From the NCBI RefSeq assembly GCF_024223415.1, contig NZ_CP100500.1: a stretch of 64,000 nt of DNA; one strand, 5' to 3'. The notes under the pieces were generated by a model. That model was not told the origin of the DNA, searched no databases, and was given only the letters and a program-made list of their open reading frames with translations. Source of the stretch: Escherichia coli (GTDB lineage Bacteria; Pseudomonadota; Gammaproteobacteria; Enterobacterales; Enterobacteriaceae). The position numbers and the translations under genes were made by a program. Of this stretch, positions 53,061-64,000 are shown in pieces; the stretch's first letter is position 1; the number at the start of each line of letters is the position of its first letter.

Positions 53061-55037
53061 ATGTCTGACGACATGTCTATGGGTTTGCCTTCGTCAGCGG
53101 GCGAACACGGTGTACTACGCTCCATGCAGGAGGTTGCAATGAGCTCCCAGGAAGCCAGCAAGATGCTGCGTACTTACAATATTGCCTGGTGGGGCAATAA
53201 CTACTATGACGTTAACGAGCTGGGCCACATTAGCGTGTGCCCGGACCCGGACGTCCCGGAAGCTCGCGTCGATCTCGCGCAGTTAGTGAAAACTCGTGAA
53301 GCACAGGGTCAGCGTCTGCCTGCACTGTTCTGTTTCCCACAGATCCTGCAGCACCGTTTGCGTTCCATCAACGCCGCGTTTAAACGTGCGCGGGAATCCT
53401 ACGGCTATAACGGCGATTACTTCCTTGTTTATCCGATCAAAGTTAACCAGCACCGTCGCGTGATTGAGTCCCTGATTCATTCGGGCGAACCGCTGGGTCT
53501 GGAAGCCGGTTCCAAAGCCGAGTTGATGGCAGTGCTGGCACATGCTGGCATGACCCGTAGCGTCATCGTCTGCAACGGTTATAAAGACCGCGAATATATC
53601 CGCCTGGCATTAATTGGTGAGAAGATGGGGCACAAGGTCTATCTGGTCATTGAGAAGATGTCAGAAATCGCCATTGTGCTGGATGAAGCAGAACGTCTGA
53701 ATGTCGTTCCTCGTCTGGGCGTGCGTGCACGTCTGGCTTCGCAGGGCTCGGGTAAATGGCAGTCTTCCGGCGGGGAAAAATCGAAGTTCGGCCTGGCTGC
53801 GACTCAGGTACTGCAACTGGTTGAAACGCTGCGTGAAGCTGGGCGTCTCGACAGCCTGCAACTACTGCACTTCCACCTCGGTTCGCAGATGGCGAATATT
53901 CGCGATATCGCCACGGGCGTTCGTGAATCCGCGCGTTTCTATGTGGAACTGCACAAGCTGGGCGTCAATATTCAGTGCTTCGACGTCGGCGGCGGTCTGG
54001 GCGTGGACTATGAAGGCACCCGTTCGCAGTCTGACTGCTCCGTAAACTATGGCCTCAATGAATACGCCAACAATATCATCTGGGCGATTGGTGATGCGTG
54101 TGAAGAAAATGGTCTGCCGCATCCGACGGTAATCACTGAATCGGGGCGTGCAGTGACTGCGCATCACACCGTGCTGGTGTCTAATATCATCGGCGTGGAA
54201 CGTAACGAATACACGGTGCCGACCGCGCCTGCAGAAGATGCGCCGCGCGCGCTGCAAAGCATGTGGGAAACCTGGCAGGAGATGCACGAACCGGGAACTC
54301 GCCGTTCTCTGCGTGAATGGTTACACGACAGTCAGATGGATCTGCACGACATTCATATCGGCTACTCTTCCGGCACCTTTAGCCTGCAAGAACGTGCATG
54401 GGCTGAGCAGCTTTATTTGAGCATGTGCCATGAAGTGCAAAAGCAGCTGGATCCGCAAAACCGTGCTCATCGTCCGATTATCGACGAGCTGCAGGAACGT
54501 ATGGCGGACAAAATGTACGTCAACTTCTCGCTGTTCCAGTCGATGCCGGATGCGTGGGGGATCGACCAGTTGTTCCCGGTTCTGCCGCTGGAAGGGCTGG
54601 ATCAAGTGCCGGAACGCCGCGCTGTGCTGCTGGATATTACCTGTGACTCTGACGGTGCTATCGACCACTATATCGATGGTGATGGTATTGCCACGACAAT
54701 GCCTATGCCGGAGTACGATCCAGAGAATCCGCCGATGCTCGGTTTCTTTATGGTCGGCGCATATCAGGAGATCCTCGGCAACATGCACAACCTGTTCGGT
54801 GATACCGAAGCGGTTGACGTGTTCGTGTTCCCTGACGGTAGTGTCGAAGTGGAACTGTCTGACGAAGGTGATACCGTGGCGGACATGCTGCAATATGTGC
54901 AGCTCGATCCGAAAACGCTGTTAACCCAGTTCCGCGATCAAGTGAAGAAAACCGATCTTGATGCTGAACTGCAACAACAGTTCCTTGAAGAGTTCGAGGC
55001 AGGTTTGTACGGTTATACCTATCTTGAAGATGAATAA
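53061..55037 (+). CDS. speA: biosynthetic arginine decarboxylase
   Basis: 658 aa from [12 protein letters not shown]. Confidence 0.95.
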
Positions 55038-55182
55038 TTAAGATTATTCCGCTGGCGGGTCGATTTATTTACGTAAATCGGCCCGCTTTCTTTTTATATA
55101 TTCTTAAAAATAATTTAGCTGCTTTTCTTATTAAATAATCTCCCTACAATCGCTGCATTAATTAAATGCAGAGGGAACGGTT

Positions 55183-55914
55183 ATGAAAAAATGGAAAGTA
55201 CGTAGCGCGTTGGTGGCATTAATCGTGCTGCTGGCCGGTTGTTCCAGTAATGCGCAGTATAATAGCAGTGCATCGGGCAATGTCGGCACCGCCTGGGGTG
55301 GGGATGTGCACTCAACGGTTCAGGGCGTATCTGCTGAGCGAGCCTGGCGCGATCCGGCGGAGATGATCGTTATTAGTTATTCGACTAATGTTCCTTCCGG
55401 CTACGACCGCGTTTATAGCATTCGTATTAACGAACTGGAATATGCTATTCGCGATAGTAATTTTAATTCTCTACCTATTACGCGTGTTTATGATTCATCC
55501 AATAATGAACCACGCTATATTGTCCATGCCAGAGTCGGAATGAATTATCAATTATATGTCCGTAATTACAGTCGTAACACCAACTACGAGATCGTTGCTA
55601 CGGTTGATGGCCTGGATGTGCTGAACGGCAAGCAAGGTTCGCTGAATAACAACGGCTATATTGTGAATGCCGGAGATTCTTTAGCGATTAAAGGATTCCG
55701 CAAAGATAAACATACCGAAGCGGCTTTTCAGTTCGCCAACGTTGTTGATTCCTACGCAGCCAATTCGGCGCAAGGCGATGTGCGTAATACCGGGGTAATC
55801 GGCTTTGCCGCCTTTGAATTACAAGGCCCGGCGCAAAACGCGCTGCCGCCGTGCTCTGGACAAGCTTTTCCGGCAGATAACAATGGCTATGCGCCGCCAC
55901 CGTGTCGGAAATAG
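55183..55914 (+). CDS. uncharacterised lipoprotein (243 aa) between speA and speB
   Basis: signal peptide with lipobox LLAGCSS; Asn/Tyr-rich mature protein; good RBS (GAGGGAA). Confidence 0.6.
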   Translation: MKKWKVRSALVALIVLLAGCSSNAQYNSSASGNVGTAWGGDVHSTVQGVSAERAWRDPAEMIVISYSTNVPSGYDRVYSIRINELEYAIRDSNFNSLPITRVYDSSNNEPRYIVHARVGMNYQLYVRNYSRNTNYEIVATVDGLDVLNGKQGSLNNNGYIVNAGDSLAIKGFRKDKHTEAAFQFANVVDSYAANSAQGDVRNTGVIGFAAFELQGPAQNALPPCSGQAFPADNNGYAPPPCRK

Positions 55915-56049
55915 CAACCTCGCTTGATGCCTCGCCCATTTAAGGCGATAATTAGCACAAACTTGTGTTTCGCAAATCCAACCCTTCCTCGTCGGGCCTA
56001 ACGACGCGGAAGGGTTTTTTTATATCGACTTTGTAATAGGAGTCCATCC

Positions 56050-56970
56050 ATGAGCACCTTAGGTCATCAATACGATAACTCACTGGTTTCCAACGCCTTT
56101 GGTTTTTTACGCCTGCCGATGAACTTCCAGCCGTATGACAGCGATGCTGACTGGGTGATTACTGGTGTGCCGTTCGATATGGCCACTTCTGGTCGTGCGG
56201 GGGGACGCCACGGTCCGGCAGCTATCCGTCAGGTTTCGACGAATCTGGCCTGGGAACACAACCGCTTCCCGTGGAATTTCGACATGCGTGAGCGTCTGAA
56301 CGTCGTGGACTGTGGTGATCTGGTATATGCTTTCGGCGATGCCCGTGAGATGAGCGAGAAGCTGCAGGCGCACGCCGAGAAGCTGCTGGCTGCCGGTAAG
56401 CGTATGCTCTCCTTCGGTGGTGACCACTTTGTTACGCTGCCGCTGCTGCGTGCTCATGCGAAGCATTTCGGCAAAATGGCGCTGGTACACTTTGACGCCC
56501 ACACCGATACCTACGCGAACGGTTGTGAATTTGACCACGGCACCATGTTCTATACCGCGCCGAAAGAAGGTCTGATCGACCCGAATCATTCCGTGCAGAT
56601 TGGTATTCGTACCGAATTTGATAAAGACAACGGCTTTACCGTGCTGGACGCCTGCCAGGTGAACGATCGCAGCGTGGATGACGTTATCGCCCAGGTGAAA
56701 CAAATTGTGGGTGATATGCCGGTTTACCTGACCTTTGATATCGACTGCCTGGATCCTGCATTTGCGCCGGGAACCGGTACGCCGGTAATTGGCGGTCTGA
56801 CCTCCGATCGCGCTATTAAACTGGTACGCGGCCTGAAAGATCTCAACATCGTTGGGATGGACGTAGTGGAAGTGGCTCCGGCATACGATCAGTCGGAAAT
56901 CACCGCTCTGGCAGCGGCAACGCTGGCGCTGGAAATGCTGTATATTCAGGCGGCGAAAAAGGGCGAGTAA
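56050..56970 (+). CDS. speB: agmatinase
   Basis: 306 aa ureohydrolase; His/Asp manganese ligands (HFDAHTD, DIDCLDP). Confidence 0.95.
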   Translation: MSTLGHQYDNSLVSNAFGFLRLPMNFQPYDSDADWVITGVPFDMATSGRAGGRHGPAAIRQVSTNLAWEHNRFPWNFDMRERLNVVDCGDLVYAFGDAREMSEKLQAHAEKLLAAGKRMLSFGGDHFVTLPLLRAHAKHFGKMALVHFDAHTDTYANGCEFDHGTMFYTAPKEGLIDPNHSVQIGIRTEFDKDNGFTVLDACQVNDRSVDDVIAQVKQIVGDMPVYLTFDIDCLDPAFAPGTGTPVIGGLTSDRAIKLVRGLKDLNIVGMDVVEVAPAYDQSEITALAAATLALEMLYIQAAKKGE

Positions 56971-56974
56971 GCGC

Positions 56975-57077
<103 letters not shown>

Positions 57078-57119
57078 TGAACTGCACCCCAAATGTTGGA
57101 CATAATCTGACATCTGAAG

Positions 57120-57650
57120 GTGCAGTTTATGAAACATTCATTTGAAGTAAAACTTGCCGCTGTAAATCATTACCTGGCCGGTCATGCAGGCATCATTTCT
57201 ACGGCAAAACTCTTTCAACTTTCTCACACCAGCCTCTCACACTGGATTAATCTTTTTCTTCTTCACGGTCCTCAGGCACTGGATTGCAGACACAAGCGTA
57301 GCTATTCTCCTGAAGATAAACTTTGCGTGGTTCTTTATGCTCTCGGGCATTCTGAGTCTCTACCCCGGGTAGCTGCCCGGTTTAACATTCCCAGCCACAA
57401 CATGGTTAAAAACTGGATAAAAGGCTACCGCAAATCTGGTAATGAGGCCTTTATCAGGCGCAGGAAGGAGAAAAGCATGACCCGTTCTGATGATACCCAT
57501 GAAAACGAGGCAAACATGACGCCGGAAGAGATGAAGAATGAGCTGCGTTATCTTCGCGCAGAAAATGCATATCTGAAAGCCATGCAGGAGCATCTCCTGG
57601 AAAAAAAGCGCCAGGAGCTGGAGAAAAAACGAAAGTCATCCAGAGCCTGA
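57120..57650 (+). CDS. IS3-family transposase ORFA (HTH/leucine-zipper)
   Basis: 176 aa; contains A-AAA-AAG -1 frameshift heptamer near 57602..57608. Confidence 0.8.
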   Translation: MQFMKHSFEVKLAAVNHYLAGHAGIISTAKLFQLSHTSLSHWINLFLLHGPQALDCRHKRSYSPEDKLCVVLYALGHSESLPRVAARFNIPSHNMVKNWIKGYRKSGNEAFIRRRKEKSMTRSDDTHENEANMTPEEMKNELRYLRAENAYLKAMQEHLLEKKRQELEKKRKSSRA

Positions 57651-57754
57651 AGTGCGGACACTGCCAGTCTGACCTGTTAAAGGCTGCAGGGCTGGCCAGA
57701 AGCACGCTGTACTACCAGCTGTCACTGCAGAAGGCTAAGGACAAGTATGCTGAT

Positions 57755-58605
<851 letters not shown>

Positions 58606-58611
58606 CAGGCT

Positions 58612-59370
58612 TTACTTAATCCCATCCGCGCTCATGCGATCGCGAATATGCTGGGCGCGTTCGGCGGATGCAGGATGGTCGTCAAACATTGAGCTTTGGC
58701 GACCTTCTTCCAGTTTTGCCAGTTTTTCAAAGCTGGTGGCAAGACCTGCCGGGCTGATGCCGCGTTGGCGCAGAAGATCGTAAGAATAATCATCGGCTTC
58801 TGCTTCCTGGCGCTGGGAGAATTGCGAATTGACTAATTTCTCGCCCAGATCACCGAGTTGTGATTGAGATAAACTGCCGACAATCCCGCCCGCAGAGGCC
58901 GCAGCTACTCGCACGGCATTTGTACCAAGTGCCACCTGCATTCCTTTTTTCACATGGCCTAACGCCACGTGCCCCATTTCGTGACCGATCACCGCTTCGA
59001 CTTCGTTATCCGTCATCATATCCATCAGCCCGCTATAGACACGGATACAGCCGTTAGCCATTGCAAAGGCGTTCACATCCTTCGCCATATACACTTTGTA
59101 ATTTACCGGCTGACCGTTGATATTGTTGCCTAGCGCATTGGCAATAGTTGTCAGACGTTTAGCGTATTCGCTATTGGCTGGCGCAATCGTCGCCTTGCTG
59201 TCCATCTCCTGACATGCCTGATCGCTCAGGGTTTTCACCTGCGCATCACTCAAACTGTAAGCCTGAAAAGCTTCCGCTCCTGATGAGAGCAGTCCGTTGG
59301 AGTCCATATTCTGGCAACCAGTCAGTACCGTTGCCACGCTCATTGCTACCAATAAGGCGCGAATTTTCAT
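58612..59370 (-). CDS. loiP: M48-family metalloprotease LoiP (YggG)
   Basis: 252 aa from MKIRALLVAM; lipobox LTGC; HEMGH zinc motif. Confidence 0.9.
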   Translation of the reverse strand: MKIRALLVAMSVATVLTGCQNMDSNGLLSSGAEAFQAYSLSDAQVKTLSDQACQEMDSKATIAPANSEYAKRLTTIANALGNNINGQPVNYKVYMAKDVNAFAMANGCIRVYSGLMDMMTDNEVEAVIGHEMGHVALGHVKKGMQVALGTNAVRVAAASAGGIVGSLSQSQLGDLGEKLVNSQFSQRQEAEADDYSYDLLRQRGISPAGLATSFEKLAKLEEGRQSSMFDDHPASAERAQHIRDRMSADGIK

Positions 59371-59647
59371 GTTTTTTCTTCCGCACAAGGTCAGGATTAT
59401 TCTAAAAATGCGCCGTTTGCAGGTGAACCGACGCTCAGTCTCAGTATAAGGAAAAGCGCAGCGGACGGGCGAGTAGATTGCGCAACATGCGAGCATGATC
59501 CAGAGATTTCTGAAGCGGCAAAAGGATGTTCCATGTACATGACGCGCGGCTTGCGGTAAATTGTTGGCAAATTTTCCGGCGTAGCCCAAAACGCGCTGTC
59601 GTCAAGTCGTTAAGGGCGTGCCCTTCATCATCCGATCTGGAGTCAAA

Positions 59648-61639
59648 ATGTCCTCACGTAAAGAGCTTGCCAATGCTATTCGTGCGCTGAGCATGGACGC
59701 AGTACAGAAAGCCAAATCCGGTCACCCGGGTGCCCCTATGGGTATGGCTGACATTGCCGAAGTCCTGTGGCGTGATTTCCTGAAACACAACCCGCAGAAT
59801 CCGTCCTGGGCTGACCGTGACCGCTTCGTGCTGTCTAACGGTCACGGCTCCATGCTGATGTATAGCCTGCTGCACCTCACCGGCTACGATCTGCCGATGT
59901 CCGAGCTGCAAAACTTCCGTCAACTGCACTCCAAAACTCCGGGCCACCCGGAAGTGGGTTACACCGCTGGTGTGGAAACCACCACCGGTCCGCTGGGGCA
60001 GGGTATTGCCAACGCAGTAGGTATGGCGATTGCAGAAAAAACGCTGGCGGCGCAGTTTAACCGTCCGGGCCACGACATTGTCGACCACTACACCTACGCC
60101 TTCATGGGCGACGGCTGCATGATGGAAGGCATCTCCCACGAAGTTTGCTCTCTGGCGGGTACGCTGAAGCTGGGTAAACTGATTGCGTTCTACGATGACA
60201 ACGGTATCTCTATTGATGGTCACGTTGAAGGCTGGTTCACCGACGACACCGCAATGCGTTTCGAAGCTTACGGCTGGCACGTTATTCGCGACATCGACGG
60301 TCATGACGCAGCATCCATCAAACGCGCAGTAGAAGAAGCGCGCGCAGTGACTGACAAACCGTCCCTGCTGATGTGCAAAACCATCATCGGTTTCGGTTCC
60401 CCGAACAAAGCCGGTACTCACGACTCCCACGGTGCGCCGCTGGGTGATGCAGAAATCGCTCTGACCCGCGAACAGCTGGGCTGGAAATACGCACCGTTCG
60501 AAATCCCGTCTGAAATCTATGCGCAGTGGGATGCGAAAGAAGCAGGTCAGGCGAAAGAATCCGCATGGAACGAGAAGTTTGCTGCTTACGCCAAAGCTTA
60601 TCCGCAGGAAGCTGCTGAATTCACCCGTCGTATGAAAGGCGAAATGCCGTCTGACTTCGACGCGAAAGCGAAAGAGTTCATTGCTAAACTGCAGGCTAAT
60701 CCGGCGAAAATCGCCAGCCGTAAAGCGTCGCAGAATGCTATCGAAGCGTTCGGTCCGCTGTTGCCGGAATTCCTCGGCGGCTCCGCTGACCTGGCACCGT
60801 CTAACCTGACCCTGTGGTCTGGTTCTAAAGCAATCAACGAAGATGCTGCGGGTAACTACATCCACTACGGTGTTCGCGAGTTCGGTATGACCGCGATTGC
60901 TAACGGTATCTCCCTGCACGGTGGCTTCCTGCCGTACACCTCCACCTTCCTGATGTTCGTAGAATACGCACGTAATGCCGTACGTATGGCTGCGCTGATG
61001 AAACAGCGTCAGGTGATGGTTTACACCCACGACTCCATCGGTCTGGGCGAAGATGGCCCGACTCACCAGCCGGTAGAGCAGGTTGCTTCTCTGCGCGTGA
61101 CCCCGAACATGTCTACATGGCGTCCGTGTGACCAGGTTGAATCCGCGGTCGCGTGGAAATACGGTGTTGAGCGTCAGGACGGTCCGACCGCGCTTATCCT
61201 CTCCCGTCAGAACCTGGCGCAGCAGGAACGTACTGAAGAGCAACTGGCAAACATCGCGCGCGGTGGTTATGTGCTGAAAGACTGTGCTGGTCAGCCGGAA
61301 CTGATCTTCATCGCTACCGGTTCAGAAGTTGAACTGGCGGTTGCTGCCTACGAAAAACTGACTGCTGAAGGCGTGAAAGCGCGCGTGGTTTCCATGCCGT
61401 CTACCGACGCATTCGACAAGCAGGACGCGGCTTACCGTGAGTCTGTCCTGCCGAAAGCTGTTACTGCACGCGTTGCGGTGGAAGCGGGTATTGCTGACTA
61501 CTGGTACAAGTATGTTGGCCTGAATGGCGCTATCATCGGTATGACCACCTTCGGTGAATCTGCTCCGGCAGAGCTGCTGTTTGAAGAGTTCGGCTTCACT
61601 GTTGATAACGTTGTTGCGAAAGCAAAAGCGCTGCTGTAA
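59648..61639 (+). CDS. tktA: transketolase 1
   Basis: 663 aa from [19 protein letters not shown]; ThDP-binding motifs. Confidence 0.95.
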   Translation: MSSRKELANAIRALSMDAVQKAKSGHPGAPMGMADIAEVLWRDFLKHNPQNPSWADRDRFVLSNGHGSMLMYSLLHLTGYDLPMSELQNFRQLHSKTPGHPEVGYTAGVETTTGPLGQGIANAVGMAIAEKTLAAQFNRPGHDIVDHYTYAFMGDGCMMEGISHEVCSLAGTLKLGKLIAFYDDNGISIDGHVEGWFTDDTAMRFEAYGWHVIRDIDGHDAASIKRAVEEARAVTDKPSLLMCKTIIGFGSPNKAGTHDSHGAPLGDAEIALTREQLGWKYAPFEIPSEIYAQWDAKEAGQAKESAWNEKFAAYAKAYPQEAAEFTRRMKGEMPSDFDAKAKEFIAKLQANPAKIASRKASQNAIEAFGPLLPEFLGGSADLAPSNLTLWSGSKAINEDAAGNYIHYGVREFGMTAIANGISLHGGFLPYTSTFLMFVEYARNAVRMAALMKQRQVMVYTHDSIGLGEDGPTHQPVEQVASLRVTPNMSTWRPCDQVESAVAWKYGVERQDGPTALILSRQNLAQQERTEEQLANIARGGYVLKDCAGQPELIFIATGSEVELAVAAYEKLTAEGVKARVVSMPSTDAFDKQDAAYRESVLPKAVTARVAVEAGIADYWYKYVGLNGAIIGMTTFGESAPAELLFEEFGFTVDNVVAKAKALL

Positions 61640-61661
61640 TCAGTAAGACGTTTTGTGAGAA

Positions 61662-61684
61662 GGGCCGCGAAAGCGGCCCTTTAG
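61662..61684 (+). terminator. rho-independent terminator after tktA
   Basis: GGGCCGC-GAAA-GCGGCCC hairpin followed by TTT. Confidence 0.5.
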
Positions 61685-61689
61685 ATTAT

Positions 61690-61800
<111 letters not shown>

Positions 61801-61835
61801 GCATCAGGCAGTTTTGCTTTTGCCATCACTCTCAA

Positions 61836-61860
61836 GGGCCGCGAAAGCGGCCCTTTTTTT
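61836..61860 (+). terminator. second copy of the GGGCCGCGAAAGCGGCCC hairpin with a 7-T tail
   Basis: identical stem-loop to 61662..61684, followed by TTTTTTT; abuts the stop codon of the minus-strand SPFH gene. Confidence 0.5.
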
Positions 61861-62767
61861 ACTTAGTAGAGATAAACGGAACTGTGCTGCCGGGGATCAT
61901 GGTATCGGGCAGTTTACCGTCCCAACGTTCGGCAGTGGTGAGGGCTACAAGTCCGGGATTATCCCGCAGAGCTTCACCGCGCAGGCGGATTGCTTCTGCT
62001 TCAGCCGCACTTTTTAAACGAATAGTTTCAGCCTCTGCCGCGCCTCTTACGCGAATAGTTTCCGCTTCTGCTTTGGCTGCCGCCAGTTTACTGTCTGCTT
62101 CTGCCTGGGCCTGAGTTACCGCTATTTGCGCCTGGATTTTCTCTGTTTCCAGATTTTGCTTACGCGTGGCAATGGCGACTTCTGCTTTCATTCGGTCTTC
62201 AATCGACTTTTCATAAGCGTCAGAAAAATCAATATTTTCAATCTGGACCCCGTCAATTACCACTGGCCCAACAACGGCTTTGCGCATGGCATTTTGCAGA
62301 TCCTGAACCAGTTTTGTACGATCCTGTACAGCGCTGATGGCGGTATATTGGCCGAAAACGTTCTCCAGTTGAGTTGGCAACTGACGGACAATCAGACGAT
62401 CTTTTAATGCTTCAATGGTGTTGTAGGTGGTATAAACCGCGCCTGCTTCTGAAGGTTTAATGTGGAAGCTGACTGATACTGTCATTTGTGCCGGTTGCTG
62501 GTCGCGGCTGTAGGCCTGTAATCCCTGATAGACCACAGCCTGATTACGCGTGGAAATTTTCTCCACGCTTTCCATAAACGGGATCTTAAAACCCAGACCC
62601 GGCTCGGCAACTTTTACGATTTTTCCGTAGCGCAGCAAAATGCCGCGTTCACCTTCATTAACGGTGTAATACGAGAGAAATGGCAGCACAACCACGGCAA
62701 GCACGCCGATGGCGATAGCAAGAGATTTTTGTGGGCGAAATGAGGTTAATGAAACAGGTGCTTTCAT
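61859..62767 (-). CDS. SPFH/band-7 (prohibitin/HflC-like) membrane protein with Ala/Glu-rich repetitive C-terminus
   Basis: 302 aa; N-terminal TM helix then band-7 core (YYTVNEGERGILLRYGKIV); C-terminal AEAETIR-type repeats. Confidence 0.7.
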   Translation of the reverse strand: MKAPVSLTSFRPQKSLAIAIGVLAVVVLPFLSYYTVNEGERGILLRYGKIVKVAEPGLGFKIPFMESVEKISTRNQAVVYQGLQAYSRDQQPAQMTVSVSFHIKPSEAGAVYTTYNTIEALKDRLIVRQLPTQLENVFGQYTAISAVQDRTKLVQDLQNAMRKAVVGPVVIDGVQIENIDFSDAYEKSIEDRMKAEVAIATRKQNLETEKIQAQIAVTQAQAEADSKLAAAKAEAETIRVRGAAEAETIRLKSAAEAEAIRLRGEALRDNPGLVALTTAERWDGKLPDTMIPGSTVPFISTK

Positions 62768-63144
62768 GACAATCTTCCTTGAGTAAAGTGTGGGAATATG
62801 TCACATGAGATGAGGAGAAAACAGCCGACAGGTGAGAATTCAGAATCTATAAAGGGGTATAGCGAAAAAACATTGCATTAGGAAAGTATGTTTTCGAACA
62901 TTCAATAAATAAATAGAGATATTCATCACAAATACAATAACAAACAAAATGTTGATTTTGTGATAAGCATAACAAATACAAAGTTGACTTTAAAAATATC
63001 AATTTCATATTGTTGTTATTTAAGGTTTTATTATTTTGGTTTATGGGGTTTTTCTTCTCGCGTACCCAATTGCTTTCATTAAACCGCACGAGTATTTTAT
63101 TTTTACCGCCGGACGGTACCCTAAAAATAAAATAAGGATAATTT

Positions 63145-63588
63145 ATGCGGCTTAGTGATTATTTTCCAGAATCATCAATCTCAGTTATACATTCAGCAAA
63201 AGATTGGCAGGAAGCTATCGATTTCTCGATGGTATCATTGCTGGATAAAAACTATATCAGCGAGAATTACATTCAGGCAATTAAAGATTCCACCATTAAC
63301 AATGGCCCTTATTATATTCTCGCACCAGGCGTGGCAATGCCTCATGCGCGACCGGAATGTGGGGCGCTTAAAACCGGGATGTCTTTGACATTACTTGAAC
63401 AAGGTGTTTATTTTCCGGGGAATGACGAACCAATTAAATTACTCATCGGACTCTCTGCTACCGATGCCGATTCGCACATTGGCGCTATTCAGGCGTTAAG
63501 TGAATTACTGTGCGAAGAAGAAATACTCGAACAACTCTTAACAGCATCATCAGAAAAACAATTAGCGGACATTATCAGCCGCGGATAA
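63145..63588 (+). CDS. cmtB: mannitol-type PTS EIIA component (cryptic)
   Basis: 147 aa; PTS EIIA fold with conserved His (GVAMPHARPE). Confidence 0.85.
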   Translation: MRLSDYFPESSISVIHSAKDWQEAIDFSMVSLLDKNYISENYIQAIKDSTINNGPYYILAPGVAMPHARPECGALKTGMSLTLLEQGVYFPGNDEPIKLLIGLSATDADSHIGAIQALSELLCEEEILEQLLTASSEKQLADIISRG

Positions 63589-63615
63589 TTACTCTCTCCT
63601 CTACAGGATAATATT

Positions 63616-64000
63616 ATGGAAAACAAGTCTGCTCGTGCAAAGGTCCAGGCTTTTGGGGGCTTTTTGACTGCAATGGTCATCCCCAATATTGGTGCTTTTA
63701 TTGCCTGGGGTTTTATTACTGCGTTATTTATTCCCACCGGTTGGCTGCCTAACGAACATTTCGCCAAAATTGTCGGCCCGATGATTACCTATTTATTGCC
63801 CGTGATGATTGGTTCTACCGGTGGTCATCTGGTCGGCGGTAAACGCGGCGCGGTCATGGGCGGAATAGGTACTATTGGTGTGATCGTCGGCGCAGAGATC
63901 CCGATGTTCCTTGGCTCAATGATTATGGGGCCGCTCGGTGGTCTGGTCATAAAATATGTTGATAAGGCACTGGAAAAACGCATACCTGCCGGTTTTGAGA
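63616..64000 (+). CDS. cmtA: mannitol-type PTS EIICB component (cryptic), 5' part only; runs off the window
   Basis: [33 protein letters not shown]; no stop before window end. Confidence 0.8.
   Translation, partial: MENKSARAKVQAFGGFLTAMVIPNIGAFIAWGFITALFIPTGWLPNEHFAKIVGPMITYLLPVMIGSTGGHLVGGKRGAVMGGIGTIGVIVGAEIPMFLGSMIMGPLGGLVIKYVDKALEKRIPAGFE

Noticed and set aside
59654-61243. 529-aa minus-strand ORF antisense to tktA; similar long antisense ORFs at 38227..39144 (in ansB), 14807..15700 (in iolC), 5847..6599 (in the B gene), 8307..9284, 17038..17805 and 56107..57087
   Set aside because: Each lies entirely within a confidently identified gene on the opposite strand and has Arg/Gly/Val-rich low-complexity composition typical of antisense frames in GC-rich coding DNA.

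Overview
This window looks like an Escherichia coli chromosomal segment, in reverse orientation relative to the K-12 pheV-to-cmtA region, carrying a mosaic genomic island at pheV. The right ~36 kb (28.4-64 kb) is conserved core: tRNA-Phe (pheV), yqgA, speC, nupG, mltC, yggX, mutY, trmB, yggL, yggN, ansB, yggM, hemW, rdgB, yggU, yggT, yggS, yggR, ruvX, yqgE, gshB, rsmE, endA, sprT, galP (interrupted by an in-frame TAA), metK, speA, speB, loiP, tktA, cmtB and the start of cmtA. This core is punctuated by REP clusters, an IS3-family (IS150-group) element inserted in a REP, and two apparently accessory genes (a lipoprotein between speA and speB, an SPFH protein between tktA and cmtB). The left ~28 kb is island DNA abutting the 3' end of pheV: a P4-family integrase, an AT-rich module of a cytosine-5 DNA methyltransferase with a convergent, overlapping 307-aa ORF of unknown family (the best candidate for an undescribed defence system, probably restriction-modification), an integrase remnant, a phosphoethanolamine-transferase-like cassette, IS1 and IS2, a partial inositol-catabolism cluster with a 5'-truncated ABC ATPase, and a Mu-like transposable-phage early module (repressor, Ner-like, DDE transposase, AAA+ B protein, Gam, GemA, Mor) with small accessory genes including a MazG-like ORF and a nearby Dam-type methylase. 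No late phage genes, CRISPR array or rRNA were seen. All calls rest on reading the supplied ORF translations and the sequence; no database search was run. Coordinates of non-ORF features were counted by hand and may be off by 1-2 bp.
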